From IMG/VR virus record IMGVR_UViG_3300023174_002543, positions 1 to 64,000 of that record: 64,000 nt of DNA, one strand, 5' to 3'. Shown here in pieces: positions 30,201 to 38,428 of the stretch. The translations under genes and the position numbers were made by a program. Position 1 is the first letter of the stretch; every line of letters begins with the position of its first letter. A model generated the notes under the pieces. The model did no database searches and was not told where the DNA came from. It saw only the letters and a list, made by a program, of their open reading frames with translations.

Positions 30201-33200
30201 TTGTTTACTGTATTGATATACGTGTCATATACGTACTTTTCTGGATTAGGAGTATTACCATCTAATGAAGGTATACGTGTAATGCTAATGCTATAACCAA
30301 TACGCTCTACAGTATGAATTTTAGTCGTGTCAGTAGTTGCATCATATTCACCAGTCAATACTGTCAAATACGTAGGTAACATATTGGTGTATGTGAATAC
30401 TTTAGCTGAAAGTCCAGTAAATGACGTTTGTGCGTACTGATCCAAAGCTATGAATAATTGTGCATACATGACGGCTGCAAAAAATTCATTAATGTATACC
30501 TTTGTGGTATTACTACCACTACTATAAAAAGCATTAACATTCTTAGTAGTTACATAATCTTTATTATCAACAGAGGGATCTAACGCAAAGTGGGTTCCCG
30601 ATTCACTTATATCACCGGTAATCACGACATAATATTTTCTACGGTCTGTACCAAAGATTCCATTAGCTGAATCTATAGTAGCAGCCTTTGCTGCGTTGGT
30701 AGACCAGGTTACAGATGCTTCACCCGAACCAGTTTGTCCTGTATAATTAGTGTTTAATGTTATGGTTTTTGTAGTAGTTCCGGTTACATTAGATATAGTG
30801 TAATTATTACCACTAATTCTAATTGCACTACCTATCATAGCAGTGCTAACAGTAGATGATGTACTGGTTGTGATAGAACTACCATTTGTTACAGATATTT
30901 GTATATTGATTGAATTATTATCGTATCCAAATCCCTGCAATACACTTAGACCGGTGCTTGTTTCAAGTTGTCTATATTGCAAGAATGTAATTCGTTTACC
31001 TGCAGGGATAGCGTTAACTGCGTTTCCTTTAACAACAAAGAATTTATCCAATGGATTAGTAGTAGCTATCAATTGTCCTACTTCTGGTTGAGGGTCATAT
31101 GTCATTGTTCCATATGTACCATTTTCACCTTTAGTCCATGTACCTGCTATAGTAACTTCAATTGAAATTACTTGATTTGCAAAACCTGGCTTAGTAGTAA
31201 TACCAGTAACAACATGATTTTTGTTAATTTTTACGCCGGTGCTAGTTACTGCAGGAGTAAATCCTGATAATGTTACAGTAGTACCAACATTTACCTTACT
31301 AGTAAGTGCAAAACTAGTACCAGCAAATCGGAAAGTCATTGTACCTGCTGTAGGGGTATTTGCGGTTACACTACTTATAGCTAATAGAGAACTGTTAGTA
31401 ACTGCGGCTGGCAATAATGTATAATCAACTTGTTTCTGGAAATAGAACACACTATTGATTTTAGGTGCACCAACAAACAGATAGTTACTATCACCACTGA
31501 ACGCCATACTAGTACCAACATAGGTTCCACTAACTGTTAATACTTGTTCAGCAACTAATGCTTCAACCTCAGGTAGTGCAACAATTCTATAAATGTGTAA
31601 TTTACTTACTGTGTCACTTGGTTCACTAATAATCATAAACTCGCTATTGCGAGCCATAGCAGTTCCGTAACCTACGCCATGAGTTATTGTATCAGTTTTC
31701 AAATCACCCTGACCACTGCGAATGTATTTGTAAACTTTACCTTTGCCTGGATCACTTATATAGTAACCTAAAGGTGGCATATATGCTACTGCTGCACCCA
31801 ATGAACCGTTATTAATATCAAATATATCGAAACCAATATCTTTATAATTATTAGTCTTTTGATAAACTGCCCAATTGTTTATTGATGCTTGGTCTATCCA
31901 AACTTTTGCACTGTCATATTCGAAATTAATCAATGGCAATGTGTTTATTTTAGTTGGTGAGCTAATTCTTAATGACTGGAACTTATATAACAATGACTGC
32001 TTGGTAAATGTTATAGTTGTTACATTAGATTGTAATGAAAGATTAATTGATACTGCTGTATTACTTACAACTTGCTGTACAATATAAAATCCATTTACAA
32101 TAGTGTTAGTAATAGGATCACTGTTAACAATTGCTATAACATCGTTTGTAACTAAGCCATGTGGTAACAAAAATACTAAAATACAAGTATCATTTAAATT
32201 GTTGACCAGTGACACAAGACGATTAGCCAAGCCAACTGGAGTGTAAATATTCCAATCATTTAGTTTATCTGCTATCCAAATATAATCATTTTTATAAACA
32301 TAATTGATTACACTGTCAGATATACGTTCAACTGTGTATGAATATAATCTAACGTCATCTAAATTAGCATAGCCTGCACTAGGTAACTTAGTTATGCTAC
32401 TATCAGTAACAGTAGGTAATATGTTTGAATTCGCTATTAATCTGCCATAATTCTTTATAGTATAAAGCGGCACTTGTTGTTGTGATATGTCTACATGATT
32501 GCCTCTTGTTATACTAACAATAGCCGGGTTACCAGTTAGTAGGTGTTCGTCTAAGGTAAATTCTATAAAGTTGTGGTTTAGTATGCCTCCATATTCGGCA
32601 GTCTTAATAGACCAATTTTCTTTTACATCGTATGCTAGATTATTGTTTTGTATAGTAGCGCCTTGGAACATGTTGACAACATCTAATGTTCCTTTTTCTG
32701 CTATCATATTTTTGTATATGTTTACCTGAGATACATCATCCAAATCTGCGCTGCTAAGGTAACTACGTGGTCTGTAACCAATCAACGAGAATCCTAATAT
32801 GTCTCCGTCATTTTGAATGTTGCTTCTATGTGTATCATAGTAATACTCTGCTTCGCTTGCACGTGTGCTAGGGTTAGCTAATATACCGGTACTAATTTTA
32901 TCGTAACTAGTCAATATCCAATCGTTATAATCAAAAACATTACTTGGGACTATTACTAACTTATTAGCCATCCAATATTTGCGTTTGTACAATACAATTG
33001 TACCTTTGGTATACTTAGTATTTTCTTTCCAATTGACTACATTATTTTGATTTTGAATAAAGCCAGGTGCATATAATGTGCCATCCCATTGATTAGTTTT
33101 ATTTCCTCTGATATACAATCTTTGCTGACGCAATCCAGTAATTAGATTATAGAGAATATCATTGAATACTGTCTGGTTATCAAAAATAACTATGTGTTCT

Positions 33201-36200
33201 GAAATACTAGTATCTGCACGTAGATAACTAATTGTATCCCCGTTAGTAAGTACCTTCATTTGAAACGTGGTATTTTTTCTGTAGATAGCCAAATCATTTA
33301 GTTTTATAGGTACTAAATTCTGATTCAATACAAAGTTTTGTTGATACAATGTAAATGGTTGCAGAATTCCAACTTCTTTTTCTACGTGAAAATAATTTGA
33401 ACATGGATTCAAATTAATAACACTTCCTGTTTCCCAACCAGTACGAACCCAATATAGCATTTCTGCTATCATTTGATTCCAGTCAAGTACTGTGTTATTT
33501 TCTACATCATCAAACACTACACCGCGGGACTCTAAGTAGTTACCATAACCTGCTAAGAAATTAGCTAACTCTGTTATAGTTTTAAATTGATGTCCATACG
33601 TTACATACTGTAGTTGGGTTGAAAAATCAGTATCTACATAAACTAGTAAATCAATAACTTTTATTAATTTTTGTTTTGTTTTTGGATTAGGTACACTTGA
33701 AATAAAGTATGTTTGGTTTTGACTATTTCCATATACTCTATAACCATATTCAGTTTTTTGTATAATAACAGAACTATAAATGATACTATCATTTGGTTCA
33801 TTTTGATAATGTAAAATGGTGTAGCTGTCATCAGGTACAACCAATGAAGTATTAGAACTGTTCGGTGATCCTTTTTCTATATAGAAGTTTATTTTGTCTT
33901 TATCGGTATATCCACTAATTCTATACGACAATCTAACATCTACATATGCAAGTAAATCTTCAATAATAGTAGTACCTGCTAAACCATATTGGTATAGATA
34001 ATCAATAATCCAGTTCGTATAACTGTGTTTGACGCTTCTATCATCATGTCCGTATAGTTTAGGTTGTACACCCGTACTTCTAAATCTATCGTAAACTAAG
34101 TATTGACGGAATTCGTAGTTATATTTGTAAACATCTAAATCTAAACCTAATGTAAAGAATTGTGCTGGCTTTGCTAATGCAAATATTCGCATTAAATCAA
34201 ATGGCCATGTTGAACTTTTTAGATAGCTATACTCTGCTGGACCCACATCACCGATTGCCCATTCATTATTGAATGTCATTTTGCTATAGTTACGAACCAC
34301 AGATTCAAACGGGCTTATTAGTTCACCTTTGCTATTGACCGGTAGTACGTCTAATAATTTAGGGCGAGCATATCTATCATCAACATATGGATTACCATTA
34401 TTGTATATGTAGCCGTTACTTAAATCAGTCCACAATAATAAATTATCACTTGTGTATGGGCCTAGACCATAACGGTCGTCCCACCATATTGGTTTAACTG
34501 GTAAGCCTAACATCTCCCAGGGAGTGGCATGAGGTGATGCAGTATCATAGAACCATAAATAGATACCTCTCCAGTTACCTTGTTTGAAAGCTGTGTTATC
34601 TACTTTATTTTTTGCTTTATTATAATTCCATGTATACTCATTTGAAGTATCATAGTACTGTACTGCAATATCTACACGATTCAATCCTATCCAGTTTAAG
34701 AAACTGGTAGTATATAATTGCATAACTTGGTCATACGTATAATCTGTAGTTCTAAATTGGCCCGGGAACACATCTGCATATGTTAATGGGATTTTAGCAT
34801 CAACTTTAATGTTATTATAGATTCTGCATTCAAACTCAAATAATACCTTATCCCTAAAATCAATTAGATTACCATAATCATCAAAACCATCATATAATTT
34901 TGTTAGACTACCATCATGTCCCTTAATAAAATATGTAGGTCTCAAATAAGTTTGGTCTAAGATAATTTCAGGAATAAATTTAGGATATAGTCCTAATTTG
35001 GTAGGAGTGTTAGGAATATAACTACCATATGTTTGACTATATTCTTTAACTGTTACAACATCTCCGTCTTGTAACTGAGTCGAAATTATTAGATATGGTT
35101 GAGATTCGTTAACAAAATAATCAACATCCTTTAATAATTGTGAATATCGCATTATTCCGTTAACCATTTTACTAACATAAATTAATACCGATTCATAATT
35201 TGCAATAGTAAAGTTGTATACTTTTGATAACGGATAAACTGTATTACTAATACCAATTGCAAACGTATAACTGTTTACGACAGTAGGAGTTTTACACGGT
35301 AACATGTCTCCCCAAAAGAATGGGGTTGATTGAGTTTTTGAACTAGATATAATGTCTAATACATCATCTAGCATATTACTAGCACTATCGTAAGGTGTAT
35401 AGTCTTGTGAGTTTACTGTGTTAACTAATAATGATTTAAACTTTACATACTCGGTTGCATTATAACCAAGGCTATTAAAAAAGTTTGTGTCTTGTCTACG
35501 AATAAATGCTGCTGATGTTACAATAGATGCGCTATTTTGAATAATTCTAGTACCGTATGGTACTGGATTACCTAAATCTCTATAATTATTTGCACCAAAA
35601 CTTTCGCCGGCTAAGTTAGGTATATTATTACAAATGCTCTTATAGTGGCCTCTTATGTCACCTGCATTAATTGTAGTGGTTTGATAATTGAATGGATTTT
35701 GTTGTAAGTTACTTGGTACCTCATAGTATCCAATATTACTTACGCTATCGCTATATACTTTAACTGTTACCGAGTCACCAGGAGTTAAAGTTTTTGTAAT
35801 AGTCACATGTGTTTCATCACCTACTATAGCGGTAGTATATTCAGAAATCCTAGCATTGTTTACATAAACTACGCTTGTAGGCCAAGCAGTAGAGAAGCTA
35901 TCTTTAATTGGAACATCTAATACAAATGTATTGTTTGTGTTATTATTATAGAATGTAAAATTGAAGATTTGATATTGAAAACTCGTATCAGCCGCAGTCT
36001 CCCATCCTATTTTTCTAATATAATGTGTTTTATCTACGTATTGATATGCATAGCCGTAGTTTACCGGTTGGTTAATACTTTGACCATTATATACAAAATT
36101 AAATGTTTTGCTATTCAAAGTAGCTTCAAAGTTAATATCGTTTAAATTTCCTACACCACTATATTGAATAGGCAAACCTAATACAGGATCTTTAACTCCT

Positions 36201-38416
36201 GATCCAACACTATACTGGAATAAGGTACATCCATTAAAATCTGTTCCTGGATAATAATTACCATCACTAAAACTTATACCGTTACTATCAAACAAATCAA
36301 ATAATGGTGCTTGATTTACCGTGGTTTTAGTTTGACTAACTATCCAACCATACCCGTCGTACTTGTAATTATAGCCCTTATTAGTTACTCCGTTAACTAT
36401 TACTATTTGGTCATCAAACAAAATGTCGCCGTCACTGGCTTTAGTTAATGTAACAACTCTAGCATTATTAACTGTTGCAATAGTTGTTACAAAAATTTTA
36501 TTTCTTACTTCTATATCAGCATCATTAGCAAATATAATTCTACATCCATCAAACAATGCTGAATCTTCACCGTCCGGTAAATAATCATCAAAGCCTCCGC
36601 CTGTTATAGTAGCTAACGCATCAATGGTTGTAGTATCAATATAATCAACTGGGGCTTTACCAAAGTTACCGTGATATAATAATTTTAAATTTGGATAGAA
36701 TTCAATAATAGGTCTTTTTGCTCTACTAGAACCAGCGGTCAATGCTTTATTAGCAATAGGACTTAGCAGGTTATTATCTACGATTGTTTTTAATACATCT
36801 ACATGGAACCAACGATTACCCCTAGTCCAACCATTTCTGTCAAGGCTACTACGATTGATAGTAATATAATCAGGAGTATAAGGTAAATTAATTACATCAC
36901 TAAATCCAATTTGGTCAAATGCACTTGCAGGATCGTCAAAGGGAGCCCCAAATGCTTGACTATATAATTCTGGAACAATTAACTCACTACTAGGTATAAG
37001 TTGTATACTAGTACCTACGCCCTCTACATAATATGAATCATTTAAATAATTAGTTGGAAAAATATTTCCTGTAAACTTAACTCTTAGTCCGTTTGAGAAT
37101 TTAATGCCATTAGGACTGGTGTATGACTTTTGACCTATTATATCAAATATATCAATTACTGCATCAACAGCATTATCTATAAGTTTAATCTTACCAAATT
37201 TATTCGGGCTAGCTTCGTCCTGGTAGTATAGAGTACTAAGTGTTGCGGTATTAGGCGGAATCAATAATATTTCACCATAACTATTTTTAACAAAACTTCT
37301 ACCTATATATTCTACACCACTACCAATTACAATATTATTATTATCTGCAATGACACTACTAGGGATTAGTTTAACAACTGGATAAGCGTCATCACCTACT
37401 AATGTGATTTTAAATACAGTACCTGTTACGGGTTCATTTTCATAACCATCATAACCCGGTGTAGGAGAATTAGAATCATCAAATCCATTACTATCAAAAA
37501 ATTCACCAATAGCAACTCTATTGTTAGGATCTTCTCCGTAGAATATTAATGTTTTACCATTAATATCAACTACTCCGTCAATGTTTTTAATTTCACTTAG
37601 TGCTACACCGTTAACTTTATCAAAACTCAATGTAGATACTAAATCTACAGGTATTAAACCAGGAAACTTATAACTATCTTGTGCGTCACTTTCAGGCACA
37701 TTATATACAAATCTTCCTGAACTTAAACCGTTAAATTCAATACCACTAATATCTCTAGTACTAAAATTAGTTTTATTTGGATCTACACCGTCCATGCCAG
37801 GTAATGACTGAATCCAAAATTTACTTGTATCATCAACTATAAATGTATAAGTACCACCGCGAACTAATGTCAACGTTGGATTTTTTGTAGGTAATAATTT
37901 TCCGTTAACTTCAAATTGGTATGTGTTGACATTAGAAATAACTTTAATAGTTGCAACTTCTAATACTGTTTCGGTTGTAATATCAACACTTTCAGGACCT
38001 TCTGGAATCCAATAGTATTGACCAAAATTAATTAGTTTATCTAAATCAACAAAACTATCCCAACTATAAAACTCATTCTTAAACAAACTATTATGATTAG
38101 GTTGCAATCCGCTTTCTAATCTAAGTGCATCAATGATGCCTGGATAAGTGATTGCGTCTTTTACTTTTCCTGTAACAGAATCTGTTATTACAACAGTTGG
38201 ATCTAATTGATAATTGGTTTTATCAAGGGTGGGTTCTTGTACGTACTGATCCGTTGACTTTACTCCATATCCAAACTTACTACCAATGTATCCTTGTACT
38301 TTTCTGAAGTCCGGCGGTTGAACTAATTGATCCAATGTTGCAGCTAAAAACTGGTCATTGGTGTTTGTTTGAAATATTTCTGGTAAGAAATCAATGGTTC
38401 TTATTCTTGTTGCCAT
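21233..38416 (-). CDS. Giant (5727 aa) baseplate wedge/fibre structural protein (gp7-like position)
   Basis: Uninterrupted 17.2-kb ORF after gp6. Contains YINEVKPYHT, FG-GAP-like propeller repeats, SxDGxxW Asp-box repeats and repeated fibre modules. Confidence 0.7.
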   Translation of the reverse strand: MATRIRTIDFLPEIFQTNTNDQFLAATLDQLVQPPDFRKVQGYIGSKFGYGVKSTDQYVQEPTLDKTNYQLDPTVVITDSVTGKVKDAITYPGIIDALRLESGLQPNHNSLFKNEFYSWDSFVDLDKLINFGQYYWIPEGPESVDITTETVLEVATIKVISNVNTYQFEVNGKLLPTKNPTLTLVRGGTYTFIVDDTSKFWIQSLPGMDGVDPNKTNFSTRDISGIEFNGLSSGRFVYNVPESDAQDSYKFPGLIPVDLVSTLSFDKVNGVALSEIKNIDGVVDINGKTLIFYGEDPNNRVAIGEFFDSNGFDDSNSPTPGYDGYENEPVTGTVFKITLVGDDAYPVVKLIPSSVIADNNNIVIGSGVEYIGRSFVKNSYGEILLIPPNTATLSTLYYQDEASPNKFGKIKLIDNAVDAVIDIFDIIGQKSYTSPNGIKFSNGLRVKFTGNIFPTNYLNDSYYVEGVGTSIQLIPSSELIVPELYSQAFGAPFDDPASAFDQIGFSDVINLPYTPDYITINRSSLDRNGWTRGNRWFHVDVLKTIVDNNLLSPIANKALTAGSSRAKRPIIEFYPNLKLLYHGNFGKAPVDYIDTTTIDALATITGGGFDDYLPDGEDSALFDGCRIIFANDADIEVRNKIFVTTIATVNNARVVTLTKASDGDILFDDQIVIVNGVTNKGYNYKYDGYGWIVSQTKTTVNQAPLFDLFDSNGISFSDGNYYPGTDFNGCTLFQYSVGSGVKDPVLGLPIQYSGVGNLNDINFEATLNSKTFNFVYNGQSINQPVNYGYAYQYVDKTHYIRKIGWETAADTSFQYQIFNFTFYNNNTNNTFVLDVPIKDSFSTAWPTSVVYVNNARISEYTTAIVGDETHVTITKTLTPGDSVTVKVYSDSVSNIGYYEVPSNLQQNPFNYQTTTINAGDIRGHYKSICNNIPNLAGESFGANNYRDLGNPVPYGTRIIQNSASIVTSAAFIRRQDTNFFNSLGYNATEYVKFKSLLVNTVNSQDYTPYDSASNMLDDVLDIISSSKTQSTPFFWGDMLPCKTPTVVNSYTFAIGISNTVYPLSKVYNFTIANYESVLIYVSKMVNGIMRYSQLLKDVDYFVNESQPYLIISTQLQDGDVVTVKEYSQTYGSYIPNTPTKLGLYPKFIPEIILDQTYLRPTYFIKGHDGSLTKLYDGFDDYGNLIDFRDKVLFEFECRIYNNIKVDAKIPLTYADVFPGQFRTTDYTYDQVMQLYTTSFLNWIGLNRVDIAVQYYDTSNEYTWNYNKAKNKVDNTAFKQGNWRGIYLWFYDTASPHATPWEMLGLPVKPIWWDDRYGLGPYTSDNLLLWTDLSNGYIYNNGNPYVDDRYARPKLLDVLPVNSKGELISPFESVVRNYSKMTFNNEWAIGDVGPAEYSYLKSSTWPFDLMRIFALAKPAQFFTLGLDLDVYKYNYEFRQYLVYDRFRSTGVQPKLYGHDDRSVKHSYTNWIIDYLYQYGLAGTTIIEDLLAYVDVRLSYRISGYTDKDKINFYIEKGSPNSSNTSLVVPDDSYTILHYQNEPNDSIIYSSVIIQKTEYGYRVYGNSQNQTYFISSVPNPKTKQKLIKVIDLLVYVDTDFSTQLQYVTYGHQFKTITELANFLAGYGNYLESRGVVFDDVENNTVLDWNQMIAEMLYWVRTGWETGSVINLNPCSNYFHVEKEVGILQPFTLYQQNFVLNQNLVPIKLNDLAIYRKNTTFQMKVLTNGDTISYLRADTSISEHIVIFDNQTVFNDILYNLITGLRQQRLYIRGNKTNQWDGTLYAPGFIQNQNNVVNWKENTKYTKGTIVLYKRKYWMANKLVIVPSNVFDYNDWILTSYDKISTGILANPSTRASEAEYYYDTHRSNIQNDGDILGFSLIGYRPRSYLSSADLDDVSQVNIYKNMIAEKGTLDVVNMFQGATIQNNNLAYDVKENWSIKTAEYGGILNHNFIEFTLDEHLLTGNPAIVSITRGNHVDISQQQVPLYTIKNYGRLIANSNILPTVTDSSITKLPSAGYANLDDVRLYSYTVERISDSVINYVYKNDYIWIADKLNDWNIYTPVGLANRLVSLVNNLNDTCILVFLLPHGLVTNDVIAIVNSDPITNTIVNGFYIVQQVVSNTAVSINLSLQSNVTTITFTKQSLLYKFQSLRISSPTKINTLPLINFEYDSAKVWIDQASINNWAVYQKTNNYKDIGFDIFDINNGSLGAAVAYMPPLGYYISDPGKGKVYKYIRSGQGDLKTDTITHGVGYGTAMARNSEFMIISEPSDTVSKLHIYRIVALPEVEALVAEQVLTVSGTYVGTSMAFSGDSNYLFVGAPKINSVFYFQKQVDYTLLPAAVTNSSLLAISSVTANTPTAGTMTFRFAGTSFALTSKVNVGTTVTLSGFTPAVTSTGVKINKNHVVTGITTKPGFANQVISIEVTIAGTWTKGENGTYGTMTYDPQPEVGQLIATTNPLDKFFVVKGNAVNAIPAGKRITFLQYRQLETSTGLSVLQGFGYDNNSINIQISVTNGSSITTSTSSTVSTAMIGSAIRISGNNYTISNVTGTTTKTITLNTNYTGQTGSGEASVTWSTNAAKAATIDSANGIFGTDRRKYYVVITGDISESGTHFALDPSVDNKDYVTTKNVNAFYSSGSNTTKVYINEFFAAVMYAQLFIALDQYAQTSFTGLSAKVFTYTNMLPTYLTVLTGEYDATTDTTKIHTVERIGYSISITRIPSLDGNTPNPEKYVYDTYINTVNNQFNFIGSFNMLSYDAFNLGKNPGDLSDPDDPTSNSVIHQSDDNFGATIAVNHDASKIFIGSPTYHVRLSPDVQVPPVPDVGVVWVFDRLIETFQVQYTPQEFEDFAVVLPWNFAPTTIVTLNGVPLSSKQYAIVGGIAIQLAVRVKAGDLVTVSSPNLVLMQVMSSYEDINGVIPSQRFGTSIATNTTGSEVLIGTPYDHTVPGQEGAVYRFTNEGKRYGYMIALIGANIAHINSDVTYLFINGYSVYLDISVDRDAYYIADQINNTQVPNVFAYVTEDGRLVIRLLNVELGSDNNKLNVTAFNGNYFYELGMAPYTKTQIIREPHPQHNSMFGYRVAFNEQNSFVVTAPKSNRYAGTFFDKFSDDIHYNTVFDLNLTTFEDVFYNAGAAYMFDYIKPYNESFANSGQYVYAQPVNDNTLVYGAEPLYGNSVSFNDNIVMIGSPGFREGTIGGRVNVFENTSGNQNWSIHRTSTNVVDVNQIQKVQLYNNITDANLVSLDYIDPLRGKLLGAVRQNLDFIGITDPAGYNTTNSMTNSMLWSIKQVGKTWFNTSTTKFLNYHQNDLAYNAKYWGQIFPGSDVTVYTWIESSVTPVNYTGPGTPYNLTKYATAYGVNNNNGLVQKYFYWVRNTNKLHGDKTLTDSILERYITSPQNSGIAYMSPLRSDTFALYNVRDYINGVNTNMHLGFSTGTSESTIQNQFRLIQSNSPSDFLPGLPNYAFGQINPEGLYNRFLESFAGIDETGASVPNYTLPDYMQTGIGVRPRQSMFIDRFGALKNYLEYANDILSKYPINEFSNLTYLSATGAYFDASIYWSNIYWWATGYDNKTKTKVEVGMYSDLYKLDAVEGLIAGVAKNGQGKREVHLYTNGAWKRIGLQDGTIEFSNKLWDYQINKIGFGDNFFDTDVFDTFPAVETYYIIRALNEQIFTGPLLEHRNKSLILMFEYIQSENDDGNNYLPWLNKTSFADVTYTVRELQQEVNYHVDNTTLLGDYINEVKPYHTVIKDFDLRYTNTDVVYSNTSDFDIPPVYNSKTGKFTSPQMKFINPNNYKNEYNVGDAVWNDSNYINWYNHYGLALNGIPGFELGVLTFYMTPTSNTLTIDNARGMPDTGILYIENEIVGYASVNRETGLVSGLTRGINNSFVSDHYPGLIITTDLPGAVVLDSGRGYIDPPRVTAYIDTTKYPAPTREAVLQPVMSGGKVIAIDILDPGENYSVTPEILFTSSYDVSFTQTNLNFINNTILIPSTILDTGDLIKAKCIDGVGSIKDGYYYVYVIAQLEGQELISITLHKTLSASLIGSNRIKLNPGTVNTTITGNEYVFSITARAIAITTNLNVRGIRNTLRFDRTSYIPKVVPWEPNKFWGSQYFQYGIENINSTSSNVSLYYGKPYPGLTGTVTNPGNSTGTGAIFTVTNVLLGGTYNATMTNSGSNYGVFDKITIPGSTLSGITPTHNCYINVSTVSSFYRDLLQDTTTGTGTNARFNITVNGYSEELTGTLTVTNGSITVTGTNTLFYTEVAAGSIIHINGVQCTVASVPANVSSDPDFNVKLTLTTGYTGASGTYTARVAVSEYVAEIDSVFYPGSGYAQGDTIKITGDRLNGTSPANDLTINVSRVDGNGKILLAAAATGLGLGTAVMKGSIKTFTVSGIALDSNFASLQGAVMPILSVNNDHGVTQDISGNVIVRLDYFPSSLEPGQIQGAKTYFYHNSAPYLYTDTDGTRIEINRPKFNPYDVTLGYFIKIINGGSTYHVNQEVIVPGALLGGTTGLNDVIITVQQISDPVSNLTYGFIGGIAEATVTGISAKVFDIYYVHPISLSEVQVFSDPGMMRPVKYNDFNYKHNIDFVDYTPETAGTEVDYLVEYQTHGLTNISDFAYIPEPFTLGLSYKYDFSSIVTYANRIWRCIDSNNDTFFDPYKWVELSSDDRSINALDRIVAYYTPAINMPAKDLQQLVRGISYPGNVYYGNSFSPEDIIPIDVTLKGQELYPRTLNIKVIINNTILLTGALSLVNGSSDVTGIGTLFNAELSYDASIYIDEVEYVVVDVRNNYSITLASPYIGDNIITSAYKYQYVAIGESDTNSLFLTSVDGISWNSHILSENSLNVTDIIYADEKYLVSTRSTNNPMLISYNGTTWAGQGEATLFDSNIGYDNDNFDSSPQSYPADNVNKVIYGSDNFYYGVGSFVTRSVDGIVWYKQYDFGTKTLNTIYDIAEVNTAAFKGFIAVGSGNQILSGADTAAPTVTKASVIINSLDGRVWTLQTPYLTPSALNLVISNSDVVVVGGSNGKLWYSVNGYNWLSCIIAGSPITYTLNSGVYQNSRFIVVGEHGTILTSTDGINWTQRTDNSLTVDNLSNVMYDGLYYYIVGNNATIIRSSNTINWVNVSLLNPAEPDSVVAGDDFLYGYGPEELVPGLMTESLSIKVVTSPGASWDDTPLLPASAYYQNTSFGMKSITSTTNTVNFGKLLKNPAQVSVFLIDSVTKLGNRIYTGYTVNWITKVVTLTSSLPAGKTLMVEAYEVGNGKQTARGSTTYTPLRVDSNTGYSEVYINKPFAPLIIAPVVYHNGVQLLFQTDYDLSFTEDINLSKLVFHTLYDEDTDYITWTILDTSISDFRDSEVTYSIPETQTFTGSTSKTKLLTNNLGGSNIDNAIVEKNGLRLVPVVDYSIDFATSTMTLVSNPITSDTISVTTFNETDRLFLETMIYTATASQTVFDLEQFVTDVTKDNIYYTDVNKAWVTINGKRVGSSKLSYDNANHLTINASISAGDIVMISVTTDGDTPNRMQFNIDVDRYGQTTVYRTNDGDGTWLTEDFNLGDTVMHLHDVTPIMDTVIQDSTVISEDSLIIAYIECDATQVRRSTVRDVTTSSIVTNYNLQVIRGRSALVFENTSQVSLGDQLSVTLNIGNTIELNGEKIRYTQVDFVLNTIGGLTRGVLGTGPVLYNPRYNEVYGLTKNRTLDSKYNSVIWNSSNYADNFGDPLQISNTKAATFLRYGHY

Positions 38417-38428
38417 TATCTATGCCTG

